A stretch of 61,440 nt of DNA. Source: Acidimicrobiia bacterium. Lineage in GTDB: Bacteria; Actinomycetota; Acidimicrobiia; Spongiisociales; UBA11373. This document shows positions 8,728 through 18,763 of the stretch, in pieces (position 1 is the stretch's first letter; every line of letters begins with the position of its first letter). A program made the translations under genes and the position numbers. The stretch lies in the NCBI GenBank assembly GCA_040878325.1, contig JBBDMM010000013.1, forward strand, positions 1 through 61,440, read 5' to 3'. The notes beneath the pieces are model-generated. The model was not told the DNA's origin. It worked only from the letters and a program-made list of their open reading frames with translations, and did not search any database.

Positions 8728-8919
8728 TGGCGGCAGTCTACGGGGGTGAGCGAATAGGTCGCTGGCATCATCATGGTTCCGGCTTGTGGCAAGCCGGAAC
8801 CTGATCCCGGGACGAGCCTATTCGCTTACCCCCGACGGGGGCGCGTCGTCCAAGGCTGCCGGCATTCGGCAAGCGGCAGGGGCGGCAGCCGGTCGCGGCT
8901 CCGACGAGGCGCGCCGGGG

Positions 8920-10518
8920 TCAATCGGCGACGGTCACCGTGCAAACACAATCAAGGTTGGCCGGGGGGATGAGGTAGCCCTCGGGAGCACCCGATTGCGG
9001 ATCCCAGCGAAGCCGGTCGCTACCTGCACACCGCTCGCACGGCCGACCCGACGGCCGGCCCTCCACCTCGGTCCACCCACCGACGGCCACCGCGGCCAGG
9101 AAACTGTCGTGATAGGCCGCAAACACCACCATGCGCACCCAGCGTTCGGCCTCGTCGCCGCGCCAAGCCCGGAAAACCCGGCTGACGGTAGCGGCGACCT
9201 CGCTGGGGCCTCCCTCGCTGCGTACCGCCTCCTGTAGTTGACCGGTCAGGTCCTGGGCCATCGCCTCTACGAGCTCGCCCGGGCGCGGCCCGGGGCGCGA
9301 CCGGACCCGCGAGACTCCGGCGATCGCCTCGGCGCCGCTCGAGCCCGCGGTACCCGCCTTCTGAATGGCGGTCCCCAGCGCGGCCGCCAACTCGCCGGCG
9401 ATCCGGTCTCGATCCGGCGACCACCCCGATCGCTGCAAGGCGTCGATTGCCTCGCTCTGGAGATCGACGATCCGCCGCTTCACATCGCGCAGGCCCTCGT
9501 TGTGGACCGGGAGCACGAGGCGGTCCCGCACTGCGATCGGATCGCGAGGGACCCCGACCGGATCGTGGTCGGCGGTGGTCCGCAACGCCTCGAAGAGCGT
9601 CCCGACATCGTCACCTGGCGCCCGCTGATTGCCGCGGGGCGGAATCGGCGGGCCGTTCATCTGCTCGACCTCGGCGGCCAATGCATCGCTGAGATCGGAG
9701 CCTCCCGAATCGAGGGCACCGAACCCCGCCTCTGCGGTATCCCGACGCGGTTCGGCGGGCAGGACCGCCACCCCTTCGATCGATCGCTCTGCGTGCAGGC
9801 GCTCTACCTCTTCGATCCGCTGGTGTCGGTCCCGGTCATCGGCGGAGGGAAATACGGACTCGTCGTCGTCGTCGGCACCGCTCGCCCGGTCGATGATCGT
9901 CTGAGCCAGGGTGCGGGCCTGATTGAGGAGGCGATCCGCCTCATACCGCGCGTTGCGGATGACGTCGTCGGACTCTCTGCGGGTGAGCGCGAGCCGTTGG
10001 TGGGAATCCCGCTCCGCGTCGGCTCGGATCGACAACGCCTGCTCGCCGGCTTCGGCGATGATCTCGCCACCCGTCTCCTGAGCCGACGAAATGAGTGTGG
10101 TGCCCCCATCCCAGGCATCCCGTCTCAACTCGAATGCCTGCCGCTCCCCCTCCGCAACGATGCCGGCGGCCTCCTCGACTGCTGCCTGAAGCCGGGAGAC
10201 TGCCTCTGCCGCCGCCTCGGCCGCCACCCGCTCGGAGTCCTCGCGAGCACGGCTTCGCATCCCTTCGGCGGCCTCCTTGGCGGCTTCGAGGATCCGCGAC
10301 ACCTCGCTGCCCACGGCCTCGACGTCTCTCGCCAGCGCCTCGGGCCCGCCGGAGCCGGCGACATCCTTTAGAAGGTCCTTGTGTCGACGCTCTAGCGTCC
10401 CCCATCGCTCCACCGCCTCGGCGATCAGGGCTTCCACGGCCTTCTTCTCGTATCCCCGCCTTGCCGTGGGTAGATCGCGAGTCGAAAAAGTGTCGGGCCC
10501 CAGGGGCTCATCGGCCAT
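8920..10518 (-). CDS. DivIVA-domain coiled-coil protein with a Cys-rich C-terminal domain
   Basis: N-terminal LPTARRGYEKKAVEALI, a long Ala/Glu coiled coil, and C-terminal CERC...PPANLDCVC. Confidence 0.75.
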   Translation of the reverse strand: MADEPLGPDTFSTRDLPTARRGYEKKAVEALIAEAVERWGTLERRHKDLLKDVAGSGGPEALARDVEAVGSEVSRILEAAKEAAEGMRSRAREDSERVAAEAAAEAVSRLQAAVEEAAGIVAEGERQAFELRRDAWDGGTTLISSAQETGGEIIAEAGEQALSIRADAERDSHQRLALTRRESDDVIRNARYEADRLLNQARTLAQTIIDRASGADDDDESVFPSADDRDRHQRIEEVERLHAERSIEGVAVLPAEPRRDTAEAGFGALDSGGSDLSDALAAEVEQMNGPPIPPRGNQRAPGDDVGTLFEALRTTADHDPVGVPRDPIAVRDRLVLPVHNEGLRDVKRRIVDLQSEAIDALQRSGWSPDRDRIAGELAAALGTAIQKAGTAGSSGAEAIAGVSRVRSRPGPRPGELVEAMAQDLTGQLQEAVRSEGGPSEVAATVSRVFRAWRGDEAERWVRMVVFAAYHDSFLAAVAVGGWTEVEGRPSGRPCERCAGSDRLRWDPQSGAPEGYLIPPANLDCVCTVTVAD

Positions 10519-10565
10519 GGAGCAGACGATAACGCCCGGCGACTCGCCGCCGCGGGCACCCGCGC

Positions 10566-11657
10566 TCAGCCGGTAGCAACCAGATCCGGGAGAGGCTCCA
10601 GAGCCCGGAGGTAGTCGAGGGCCTCCTGGAGAGTCGCCACCGGCACGATGGCGATCCCGTCGCCGGCGGCAGTGAGGGCATCCGGGTAGTTGTCGACCGG
10701 CACGAAAACGATCTCGGCGCCGATCGCCCGCGCCGCGAAGACCTTCTGGCGCACCCCACCGATAGGCCCGACGGTCTCGTCGAACCGGATGGTCCCGGTG
10801 CCGGCGATCCGGTGACCCCCGGTCAGGTCCTCTTCAGTCAAGAGATCGATGAGCGCCAGCGCATACATCATGCCCGCCGATGGGCCGCCGATGTTGCGCG
10901 CGTCGACATCCACGTCGATGGGGAGGTCCATCGCCAGATTGATCGTGTCGAACACGACTCCGATCATCGGGGCGCCGGGAATCTGGGTGTGTTCGACCAG
11001 CGTCACCGAAAGCTCGATGGGCTCGTCGGCGCGGGTCCCGGTGAGGGTGATCGTGTCGCCGATGGCGTGGCTCCGAATCACCGCGCTGGCCTCCTCGGCC
11101 GTGGCGACCACCTGGCCGGCGACGGTGGTGAATCGGTCGCCCACTTCGATCACACCCTCACCCGGTGTCCCTTCGACCACCTGCAGCACTTCGATGCCGT
11201 CTCCGACGAACGCGACCTCGTATCCAAGCCGAGTGAGGGCGACATAGATCGCGGTATCGATTGACTCGTTCATCGCCTGAAGATTCGTCCGCCGCACCTG
11301 CTCCTCGGTGACCCCGGGCGGGCGAATGACCTGCCGCTCCAGCAGGTCGACCCGGTCGTCGAGATACCGGGCCTCGAACCACTCGAAGGGGTTCACCTCG
11401 CGGAGAGTGACCGTGAGCAGATAGAGGTCACCGGTGGTCGGATGGATGGCCACCTCTTCACCAAAGGTCACCAGATCGGCGACCTCTTCGGTGGGCCCCG
11501 GAGCCATTGCGAAGTACGGCAGCTTGACCGGCCAGAAAACCAGCACCACCAACCCCACCGCGAGAAATGCTGCCACCAGCACATACGGCCACTTGGTCGA
11601 ACGGCCCCGCGGCGCGAACGACGGAGGAGGGGTGAGGAAGGGGTCGCTGTCGATCAT
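10566..11657 (-). CDS. PDZ-domain Lon-like (S16) protease, YlbL family
   Basis: TM anchor, PDZ domain, IGGPSAGMM (catalytic Ser) and IGGVRQK (catalytic Lys). Confidence 0.93.
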   Translation of the reverse strand: MIDSDPFLTPPPSFAPRGRSTKWPYVLVAAFLAVGLVVLVFWPVKLPYFAMAPGPTEEVADLVTFGEEVAIHPTTGDLYLLTVTLREVNPFEWFEARYLDDRVDLLERQVIRPPGVTEEQVRRTNLQAMNESIDTAIYVALTRLGYEVAFVGDGIEVLQVVEGTPGEGVIEVGDRFTTVAGQVVATAEEASAVIRSHAIGDTITLTGTRADEPIELSVTLVEHTQIPGAPMIGVVFDTINLAMDLPIDVDVDARNIGGPSAGMMYALALIDLLTEEDLTGGHRIAGTGTIRFDETVGPIGGVRQKVFAARAIGAEIVFVPVDNYPDALTAAGDGIAIVPVATLQEALDYLRALEPLPDLVATG

Positions 11658-11710
11658 GGCGGAGTAGACGCGATGGTACAGAGGGTGGGGGGTAGGAATG
11701 GCCTCCAGCA

Positions 11711-11777
11711 AAGAATCAAGAATCAAGAATCAAGAGTCGGGAAGGAAGGCGATCTTGAATCTTGGCTCTTGACTCTT
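11711..11777. repeat. Inverted heptamer-arm element
   Basis: (AAGAATC)x3 AAGAGTC, a spacer, then GATCTTG AATCTTG GCTCTTG ACTCTT. Confidence 0.85.
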
Positions 11778-11786
11778 CCTCGGCCT

Positions 11787-12353
11787 CTAGCGTCCCGCCA
11801 TCCTCCATGCGGTGGGGAGGGCTACCCCGGCGAGGACCACCTTGGCAAGGTCGCCGACCACGAAGGGGACCATGCCGAGCTCCATCGCCCGGGTGACTCC
11901 GATGTTCAGCTCGTTGGCAAGCCACGGAACGCCGAACAGATAGATCACCACCGTGCCTGCGAGGAAGGCAGGGATGGCGGTGACCACCGAGCGATCCTGC
12001 TGGCGCTCGGCGAGATGGCCGACCACGGCCGCCGCCACCACGAACCCGAGCAGATAGCCGCCAGTGGCTCCGGTGGCCGCCTGCCAACCGCCCTGCGCCT
12101 CGGCATAGAACGGAAGACCGACGGCGCCGAGGGCGACATAGAGGGCCATGGATGCCGCACCTGCCCTCCACCCGAGAGCCGCCCCGGCGAGAAGCACCGA
12201 AAACGTCTGCCCGGTGATGGGGACCGGAGTGAACCAGAGGGGAATCACCACCTGCGCCATCAGGGCGGTCATCAAGGCAAATCCGACAACGAGGGAGGCG
12301 GTGATGGTGCGGGTTCGGGGCAGGACTCGAGCGGAGATGGTGGCGGTGGTCAT
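11787..12353 (-). CDS. bioY: Biotin transporter BioY
   Basis: FTPVPITGQTF, GAVGLPFYA, TGGYLLGF and PFVVGDLAK. Confidence 0.95.
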   Translation of the reverse strand: MTTATISARVLPRTRTITASLVVGFALMTALMAQVVIPLWFTPVPITGQTFSVLLAGAALGWRAGAASMALYVALGAVGLPFYAEAQGGWQAATGATGGYLLGFVVAAAVVGHLAERQQDRSVVTAIPAFLAGTVVIYLFGVPWLANELNIGVTRAMELGMVPFVVGDLAKVVLAGVALPTAWRMAGR

Positions 12354-12408
12354 GACGAGAGGTTAACTATCACGACCGCCCGAAGGCCGCCGCGACCCGG
12401 CCCGTCGC

Positions 12409-12448
12409 AAACGAGAGGAGCCGCCCTCAAGGGCGGCTCCTCTCGTTT
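12409..12448 (-). terminator. Strong hairpin terminator after the ABC substrate-binding gene
   Basis: AAACGAGAGGAGCCGCCCT/AGGGCGGCTCCTCTCGTTT inverted repeat. Confidence 0.8.
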
Positions 12449-12462
12449 CACTCACTCGCCGA

Positions 12463-13854
12463 TCACCCCACGAAGCAGGGGCCAGCGAACTCGTATGCAG
12501 CCGCGATCTCACTGATCGTGGCGTCCGTCACTGCCATCAGGCCGTCCGACGAAGTCGGGTCGACCCGGTTGACGATCGTCGAACGAACCACATGGTCGTT
12601 CGGATCACCGGTGTAGTCGCGATCCGGAAGCGCGCCGTCGTAGCTCACTCCGTCCAACTCGGCCGCGATCGCGGCCAGGTTGGCACGCGTCAGGTCGTTG
12701 GAGGCGATCGCCTGCTCGAGCAGCGCCTTGATCGGGTACTGCCACACCCAGCCGGCGACATACGCGCCGTGCGGGCTGCGGTCGTTGGCATCCGCGGCAG
12801 CACGCATGTCGGCATGCGCCGTGGAGTCAGTGTCCCAACCGCCCCAAGGGGTGGTCCCCCAGTACGTCGCCTGAAGCAGAGGCACCAGGTCGGCGTTCCC
12901 AGTCAGGGCCACGTTCCAGGTCGGCGAGGCGCCGAGAATCTGGAACGTCTGGAACCCGCCCTGGAACAGACCGCCGGCGATCTGCGCCATCTCGGTGGGG
13001 CCGGTCACCACGACGATCAGGTTCGGCTGAGTGCCGAGCAGGGTCGTCACGGCCTCGGTCACGTCACCACCGGCCGATACCGGGATCTGCAGGAGGTCGG
13101 AGACCGGATCGCCCAGTCCGAGCTGGGCTGCGGCGATCTTGGCACCCGCACCGTAGTCGCCTCCGTAGTCGCCGGGGAACGCCACGAGCGCCCAGGTGAT
13201 CTCGGCGCCGAGCGCATCGACCATGGCGCTCATGCCGTTCATCGCCTCGAAGCAATATGGCGCACCGGATTCGAGGATCAGACCGGAGTCCACATCGGCG
13301 AAGGCCCACCCCGACCACCAGGTCGCCGGTGCCGCCACCATGTTGTTCTCCACGAAGATCGGCAGGGCCGCCTGGGTCTGCGGAGTGCCGAGCGACTGCG
13401 CCAGCGCGGCTACCCGCCCTGACAACGCCGTCGCCCCCTCAACCGTCTGTGCGCCGTCGTAATGGGCATCGAAGGTGTTCTCCGCCGTGATGACGACGTC
13501 CCAACCGTCGAGTCCGCCGCTGGCATTGACCGCTTTCCAGTAGTCCTCCTGCGCCTGCGTGAGCGGGACGCCCAGCGGAGCAAAGGGACCGTCGACCAGG
13601 TCGGAGATCACACCCAGATAGATGCACCCGTTGCCCTCATTTTCCGCATCCGGACAAGGAGCCGGGGTGACCCCGATGTCGAACGCCGTCTCCGGAGGCG
13701 GTGTCGTAGTCGGGGGCGAAGTCGTCGTTGCCCCCGCGGTGGTGGTAGTGGCCGGAGCGGCCGTCGTCGTGGTGGCGTCGTCGTCACCACACGCCGTCGC
13801 CACAAGGGCAAACGCCATGAGAAGGCTCGCAAGCACGAGCCATCGTTTTCTCAT
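12463..13854 (-). CDS. Liv-family ABC transporter substrate-binding lipoprotein
   Basis: Lipobox VATAC, Thr-rich linker and IYLGVISDL..GPFAPLG periplasmic binding fold. Confidence 0.9.
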   Translation of the reverse strand: MRKRWLVLASLLMAFALVATACGDDDATTTTAAPATTTTAGATTTSPPTTTPPPETAFDIGVTPAPCPDAENEGNGCIYLGVISDLVDGPFAPLGVPLTQAQEDYWKAVNASGGLDGWDVVITAENTFDAHYDGAQTVEGATALSGRVAALAQSLGTPQTQAALPIFVENNMVAAPATWWSGWAFADVDSGLILESGAPYCFEAMNGMSAMVDALGAEITWALVAFPGDYGGDYGAGAKIAAAQLGLGDPVSDLLQIPVSAGGDVTEAVTTLLGTQPNLIVVVTGPTEMAQIAGGLFQGGFQTFQILGASPTWNVALTGNADLVPLLQATYWGTTPWGGWDTDSTAHADMRAAADANDRSPHGAYVAGWVWQYPIKALLEQAIASNDLTRANLAAIAAELDGVSYDGALPDRDYTGDPNDHVVRSTIVNRVDPTSSDGLMAVTDATISEIAAAYEFAGPCFVG

Positions 13855-13984
13855 TCTCTGTTCCTCCCAAGGATTGCTGTTTCGCTGAAGAGTCCCGCCC
13901 CCCATGGGCAGTTGAGGCAGCAGCCTATCGGATCGGGCCGAAACCGGCGGGCCAAACAGGCCCTTTCACCCATTAACTACCGGA

Positions 13985-15187
13985 TCAGTAGCTGAAGGGC
14001 CACGCTTTCCAGTAGTTCCGTACCCGAATCCAGATCCCGTAGAGGCCGAGCGGCTCGAAGATCAAGAAACCGACGATGAGCCCGCCGAACATGATCTGCT
14101 CGAACTGGGAGGCGGTCACGAACCCGCCCGCGGGCGAGGTCGAGATGAAGCCGAATAACCACAAGCCCGCCATCCATCTGACGATCCGGGGCAGGAAGGT
14201 GATGAAGAACGCGCCCATGATCGAGCCGGCGATGGTGGCCGCGCCCCCGATCAGGATCATGGCGATATAGCGGATCGAGAGCAGAAGATTGAACGAAGCC
14301 GGCTCCAATCGCCCGATCGCCGAGTAGAGAAGTGCCCCGGCGATCCCGGCGTAGAAGGACGAGACCACGAAGGCGATCATCTTGTAGCGGGCGAGGTTGA
14401 TGCCCATCATTTCGGCCGCGATGTCACGGTCGCGCACGCCGGCCAGCGCCCGGCCGATCCGGGACCGGGCAAGGTTCTTCGCCACGAGAGCCATGACGAC
14501 CAGAAGGATCAAGCCCAGAAAGAACAACTTCTGGGGCTTCGTCATGAAAATGCCGAACACCTCGCCCGGCTGGTCGAATCGGAACCCGAAGAGCTTCGGA
14601 ATGCCGGTCTCTCGCCCGATGCCGACACCGCCGGTCAAGGTCTCGGACTCGCGGAAGAAGTGCTCCCCGAGAAAAACCAGGCCGAGGGTAACGAAAGCCA
14701 GATAGAGCCCTCGCAGCCGGAATGCCACCGGCGAGATGATCAGCCCGGCAAGGGCGGCGACGATCCCGGCCGCCGGCAACCACAAGGCCATGTCCAGCCC
14801 ATACCCCACCAGAACCGTCTTCTCGACGTTCTGGCCGGTGGCAAGATCGAAGACCTGTCGGGTCACCTCGGTGCCACCGAGCACGGCGGCGGTGAAGGCC
14901 CCCAGTCCGAGGAAGAAGGCGTGACCGAGCGACACCTGGCCGGCGTACCCGGTCACGATGTTGAGGCCGATCGCGCCGATCGATGCGAACAACGCGCTCA
15001 CCCCGAGGATCAGCAGATCGCCCCTCATCGAGAAATCGATCAGCCCGGGGATCAGAGGGATGGTGCCGCCGAGACCGAGGACCACCGCCACCACGAGCAA
15101 GACGACCATCCAGAACCGCTGGACGTTGTTGCGGAAGATCGCACTGTCCGCGCGGTAGTCGCCGATGAGCCCGGGCCGGTTCCTCAT
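13985..15187 (-). CDS. Liv-family ABC permease (LivM-like)
   Basis: GLNIVTGYAGQVSLGHAFF, RLRGLYLAFVTLG and GVRDRDIAAEMMGI. Confidence 0.93.
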   Translation of the reverse strand: MRNRPGLIGDYRADSAIFRNNVQRFWMVVLLVVAVVLGLGGTIPLIPGLIDFSMRGDLLILGVSALFASIGAIGLNIVTGYAGQVSLGHAFFLGLGAFTAAVLGGTEVTRQVFDLATGQNVEKTVLVGYGLDMALWLPAAGIVAALAGLIISPVAFRLRGLYLAFVTLGLVFLGEHFFRESETLTGGVGIGRETGIPKLFGFRFDQPGEVFGIFMTKPQKLFFLGLILLVVMALVAKNLARSRIGRALAGVRDRDIAAEMMGINLARYKMIAFVVSSFYAGIAGALLYSAIGRLEPASFNLLLSIRYIAMILIGGAATIAGSIMGAFFITFLPRIVRWMAGLWLFGFISTSPAGGFVTASQFEQIMFGGLIVGFLIFEPLGLYGIWIRVRNYWKAWPFSY

Positions 15188-16080
15188 ACCCGCTCGACCT
15201 CCCTGGTGCCGAAGAGCCCATAGGGCCGGACGAGCAGGACGAGAAACATCACCAGGTACGGGACCACCTGGGCAAAGTTCCTGCCGAGGAACTCCGCATG
15301 GATCGGTTGATAGGTGGTCGTCATTGCTTCGGCGATTCCCACGATCAGCGCGCCCACGAGCGCACCGGCGATCGAATCGAGCCCGCCGATCACCACCACC
15401 GGCAACGCCTTGAGGGCGACCACCCCGGCCGACCGATCGAGCCCCGGCGGGGTGGTCCCGATGAGTACCCCGCCGACCATCGCCAGCACCGACGCGATTG
15501 CCCACGAGGCGGCAAACACCGCGGTCACCGACACCCCTTGAGTGAGGGCTACCTCCTGGTCGAAGGCCGCGGCCCGCATCGCCAGTCCGAAGCGGGAGTA
15601 CTTGAAGAAGGCAAGGAGGACGGCGACGAGGATTGCCGCCGCCACGATCGCCGCCACCTGCCGATGGGCGATGTTGAGCGATCCGAGTTGAAAGAACTTC
15701 AGGCCCCAGGGGTCGCCCACCTGACGGGTCTCCACCCCGAGGAGGTCCAGGGCGACCACGGTGATGACGGTGTTCAGCCCGATCGTCATGATGGCGACGG
15801 CGAACACCGGTTTCCCCACCATGGGCCGCAGTGCGGTTCGCTCCACCAGCACCCCGGTGAGCGCAGCGAGACCGGCGGCCATCAGCACCGCCACCCAGAA
15901 CGGCCAACCGATGATCGTGGCGAAGTACACCACCCAGTAGGCGCCGAGGAGCATCAGCGCGGGTTGGGCGAAGTTGAGAACCTGCGTCGACTTGTAGATG
16001 ATTACAAAGCCGAGCGCGATCAAACCGTAAATCGCCGCGAGCGACGTCCCGTTGATCAGCGCCTGCAGGAACTGGGTCAT
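15184..16080 (-). CDS. Liv-family ABC permease (LivH-like)
   Basis: YGLIALGFVIIYKSTQVLNFAQ, GLAMRAAAFD and LVRPYGLFG. Confidence 0.94.
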   Translation of the reverse strand: MTQFLQALINGTSLAAIYGLIALGFVIIYKSTQVLNFAQPALMLLGAYWVVYFATIIGWPFWVAVLMAAGLAALTGVLVERTALRPMVGKPVFAVAIMTIGLNTVITVVALDLLGVETRQVGDPWGLKFFQLGSLNIAHRQVAAIVAAAILVAVLLAFFKYSRFGLAMRAAAFDQEVALTQGVSVTAVFAASWAIASVLAMVGGVLIGTTPPGLDRSAGVVALKALPVVVIGGLDSIAGALVGALIVGIAEAMTTTYQPIHAEFLGRNFAQVVPYLVMFLVLLVRPYGLFGTREVERV

Positions 16081-17927
16081 CGATACATCGACTCGATGTC
16101 GTCGGCGAACCGCTCCTCGATGATCGACCGCTTGACCTTCTGAGTCGCGGTCAACTCGCCGTCCTCATGATCGAGTTCTTTCGTGAGCAGGCGGAAGTGC
16201 TTGATCTGCTCGACGCGGGCGAACTTCTCGTTCGTCTTGTCCACGGCCTTCTGGATCAGCGACCGCACTTCGGGTTTCTCGGACAAGTCTCGGTAGGTGG
16301 TGTGCGGGATGCGTCGCCGCTGAGCCCACTCGCTCACCACGTCGAGGTCGATGCCAATGAGGGCGGTCAGGTACTTGCGCCGATCGCCGATGACGATCGC
16401 CTCCTTGACGAAGGGCGACGTCTTCAGAGTGTTCTCGATCTCGGAGGGCGACACGTTCTTGCCGCCGCTCGTGATGATGATGTCCTTGATCCGATCGACG
16501 ATTCGGACATGCGTGCCATCGACCCACTCGCCAACGTCGCCGGTGTGCAGCCAGCCATCGTCGTCGATCGTTCGCGCAGTGGCGTCGGGCATATTCCAGT
16601 AGCCGGCAAACACCGCCGGATGGCGAGTCAGGATCTCACCCGTCTCAGCATCGAGCTTGAGTTCACACCCCATGTACGGCTCACCGACGGTGCCCAGCAC
16701 TGTGCGCCCCGGACGGTTGGTGGTGGCGACGCCACAGTTCTCGGTCATCCCGTACGCCTCGTAGATCGGCACGCCGATCGACATGAAGAACTCGAGTATC
16801 TCGGGTGCGATCGGCGCCGCCGCGGAGACGGCGTAGCGAATCCGACGCAGGCCGACGCGCTCGCGGAGCGACCGATACAGGAATACGTCGCCGAGTCGGG
16901 CGAGCACCCTGGTGGCGATCGTGTGCCGCCCGTGCCGACGGACCAGGGTCCGCCCGATGTACCGGGCAACTCTCAGCCAGATGACCGCATTGAACTTCTT
17001 GAGGCGCGAGGCAGAGGCGAGGCGCACCTGGATGGCAGCGTGGATGCGTTCCCAGATGCGGGGCACGCCCTGGACGATGGTCGGCTGCACGTCGCGCATG
17101 TCGGGGACCAGCGTGTCGAGCGATTCGCCGAAATGGATCGGGACACCCGCCCCGGTGCTGAACACCACCGAGAACAGCTTCTCGTAGATGTGGCACAAGG
17201 GCAGATAGGAGACGATCAGATCGTCCGGCCCCGGGCGTGGCCGCACGATCCCGTGGTCGCCGGCGATCTCGGCCGTGGCGAATTCCAGGTTGCCGATCGT
17301 GATCATCGACCCCTTGGGTGGCCCGGTCGTACCCGAGGTGTACACCAGATACGCGAGATCGGTTGGCTCCGTCGCCGCCATCCGATTCGCCACCGCCTCC
17401 GGATGGGTTTCCCGGTGCTCGACACCGCTCTGCATGAACGCATCCCATGAAATGAGACGCGAATCGTCGTAGGCGTCGACACCACGATGCTCGAGGTAGA
17501 CGATCGTCTCGATGTGGGGAAGGTCAGACGTCGGGATCGCCAATACCTTGTCGGCCTGCTCCTCGTCCTCGACCACCAGGATTCGCGCGCCAGAGTTGTT
17601 GAGGAGGTACTCGACTTCGGACACCGGATTCGTCGGATACAGGCCCATGCACACCGCCCGAGCCGCCAAGGAACCGAGATCGGTGAACACCCACTCGGGC
17701 CGATTGTCCGAGTGGATCGCCACCCGGTCTCCCGGCTCGATCCCGGCGGCAACGAGGGCATGGGCGAAGGTATCGACCTGGTCCCAATATTCGGCCCAGG
17801 TGATCTCGCGCCAGATGCCCCGGCTCTTCGCCCGCAGCGCGACCAGGTCGGACGTGGCAGCCGCGCGGTCCCGCACCCGCGAAGCCGGCGAGGCGATGGC
17901 GGCAGAGCGATCGGCGGTGGTCGTCAT
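16077..17927 (-). CDS. Long-chain fatty acid-CoA ligase (AMP-binding)
   Basis: YTSGTTGPPKG, YLPLCHIYE, YGMTE, GWLHTGDVG and DRIKDIIITSGGKNVSP. Confidence 0.95.
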   Translation of the reverse strand: MTTTADRSAAIASPASRVRDRAAATSDLVALRAKSRGIWREITWAEYWDQVDTFAHALVAAGIEPGDRVAIHSDNRPEWVFTDLGSLAARAVCMGLYPTNPVSEVEYLLNNSGARILVVEDEEQADKVLAIPTSDLPHIETIVYLEHRGVDAYDDSRLISWDAFMQSGVEHRETHPEAVANRMAATEPTDLAYLVYTSGTTGPPKGSMITIGNLEFATAEIAGDHGIVRPRPGPDDLIVSYLPLCHIYEKLFSVVFSTGAGVPIHFGESLDTLVPDMRDVQPTIVQGVPRIWERIHAAIQVRLASASRLKKFNAVIWLRVARYIGRTLVRRHGRHTIATRVLARLGDVFLYRSLRERVGLRRIRYAVSAAAPIAPEILEFFMSIGVPIYEAYGMTENCGVATTNRPGRTVLGTVGEPYMGCELKLDAETGEILTRHPAVFAGYWNMPDATARTIDDDGWLHTGDVGEWVDGTHVRIVDRIKDIIITSGGKNVSPSEIENTLKTSPFVKEAIVIGDRRKYLTALIGIDLDVVSEWAQRRRIPHTTYRDLSEKPEVRSLIQKAVDKTNEKFARVEQIKHFRLLTKELDHEDGELTATQKVKRSIIEERFADDIESMYR

Positions 17928-18763
17928 TTGTCTCCTCCGGTGTCGACAATCGAGTGTTCCTGTCCCAGGTAGGCCCTGATCACATCCGGGTTGGCCTGGA
18001 TCTCACTTGGGCGGCCCACGGCGATGGGCTTGCCGAAGTCGACCGCAAGCACCTTGTCGGCCAGGTCCATGACCACTCGCATATCGTGGTCGATGAGGAC
18101 GATCCCGATGCCCAACTCCCGCTTGATGTCGGTGATGAAGCGGGCCATGTCCTCGGTCTCCTCGAGGTTCATGCCGGCGGCCGGCTCGTCCAACAGGAGC
18201 AGCTTGGGCTCCATCGCCAGGGCTCGACCGAGTTCGATGCGCTTCTGTATCCCGTACGGGAGCATCAGGACGTAGGACTTCCGATGCTGCTGGATGTCGA
18301 GGAACTCGATGATCCCCTCGACGACCTCTCGATTGCGTGCCTCCTCGCGCGACGCCCGGCCGAATCTGATGGCGGCAGCAAACGTCCCGTAGCGCACGTG
18401 CTGGTGGCGGCCGAGCATCAGGTTGTCCAACACCGTCAGTTGTGGGAACAACTCGATGTTCTGGAAGGTCCGGGCGACACCGAGATCTGCGATGCGGTCC
18501 GGCCGCATGGTGAGGAGATCCCGGCCGAGGAATCGAATCGATCCCTCCTGCGGCCGGTACACCCCCGAGATGCAGTTGAAGATCGACGTCTTCCCGGCCC
18601 CGTTCGGGCCAATGATCGCGAACAGCTCCCCGTTGCGCACCGACAGCGAGACCCCGTCGATCGCTTTGACGCCGGCGAACGCCAGGTGAACGTTGTCGAT
18701 CTCGAGGATTACTTCGTTGCCGTCGGCCGCGGGGAGAAACTCGTGGAGGAGCCGCGCTCTCAT
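17924..18763 (-). CDS. ABC ATP-binding protein (LivG-like)
   Basis: GPNGAGKT, ARTFQN, LPYGIQKRIE and LLDEPAAG. ATGA overlap with the upstream gene. Confidence 0.94.
   Translation of the reverse strand: MRARLLHEFLPAADGNEVILEIDNVHLAFAGVKAIDGVSLSVRNGELFAIIGPNGAGKTSIFNCISGVYRPQEGSIRFLGRDLLTMRPDRIADLGVARTFQNIELFPQLTVLDNLMLGRHQHVRYGTFAAAIRFGRASREEARNREVVEGIIEFLDIQQHRKSYVLMLPYGIQKRIELGRALAMEPKLLLLDEPAAGMNLEETEDMARFITDIKRELGIGIVLIDHDMRVVMDLADKVLAVDFGKPIAVGRPSEIQANPDVIRAYLGQEHSIVDTGGDK

Noticed and set aside
7183..8757. Long + strand ORFs opposite real genes (also 16167-17450, 43416-44690, 51101-52822, 56142-57284, 57344-58789)
   Set aside because: Shadow ORFs antisense to well-supported genes (UPF0182, acyl-CoA ligase, icd, pcrA, guaA, guaB3).
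13690..13790. Low-complexity GTC/GTG repeats
   Set aside because: They encode the Thr/Pro-rich linker of the lipoprotein, an ordinary coding feature.
13985..15907. 640-aa version of the LivM permease
   Set aside because: The N-terminal 240 aa is an off-frame read through livH. The real start is ATG 15187, overlapping the livH stop.
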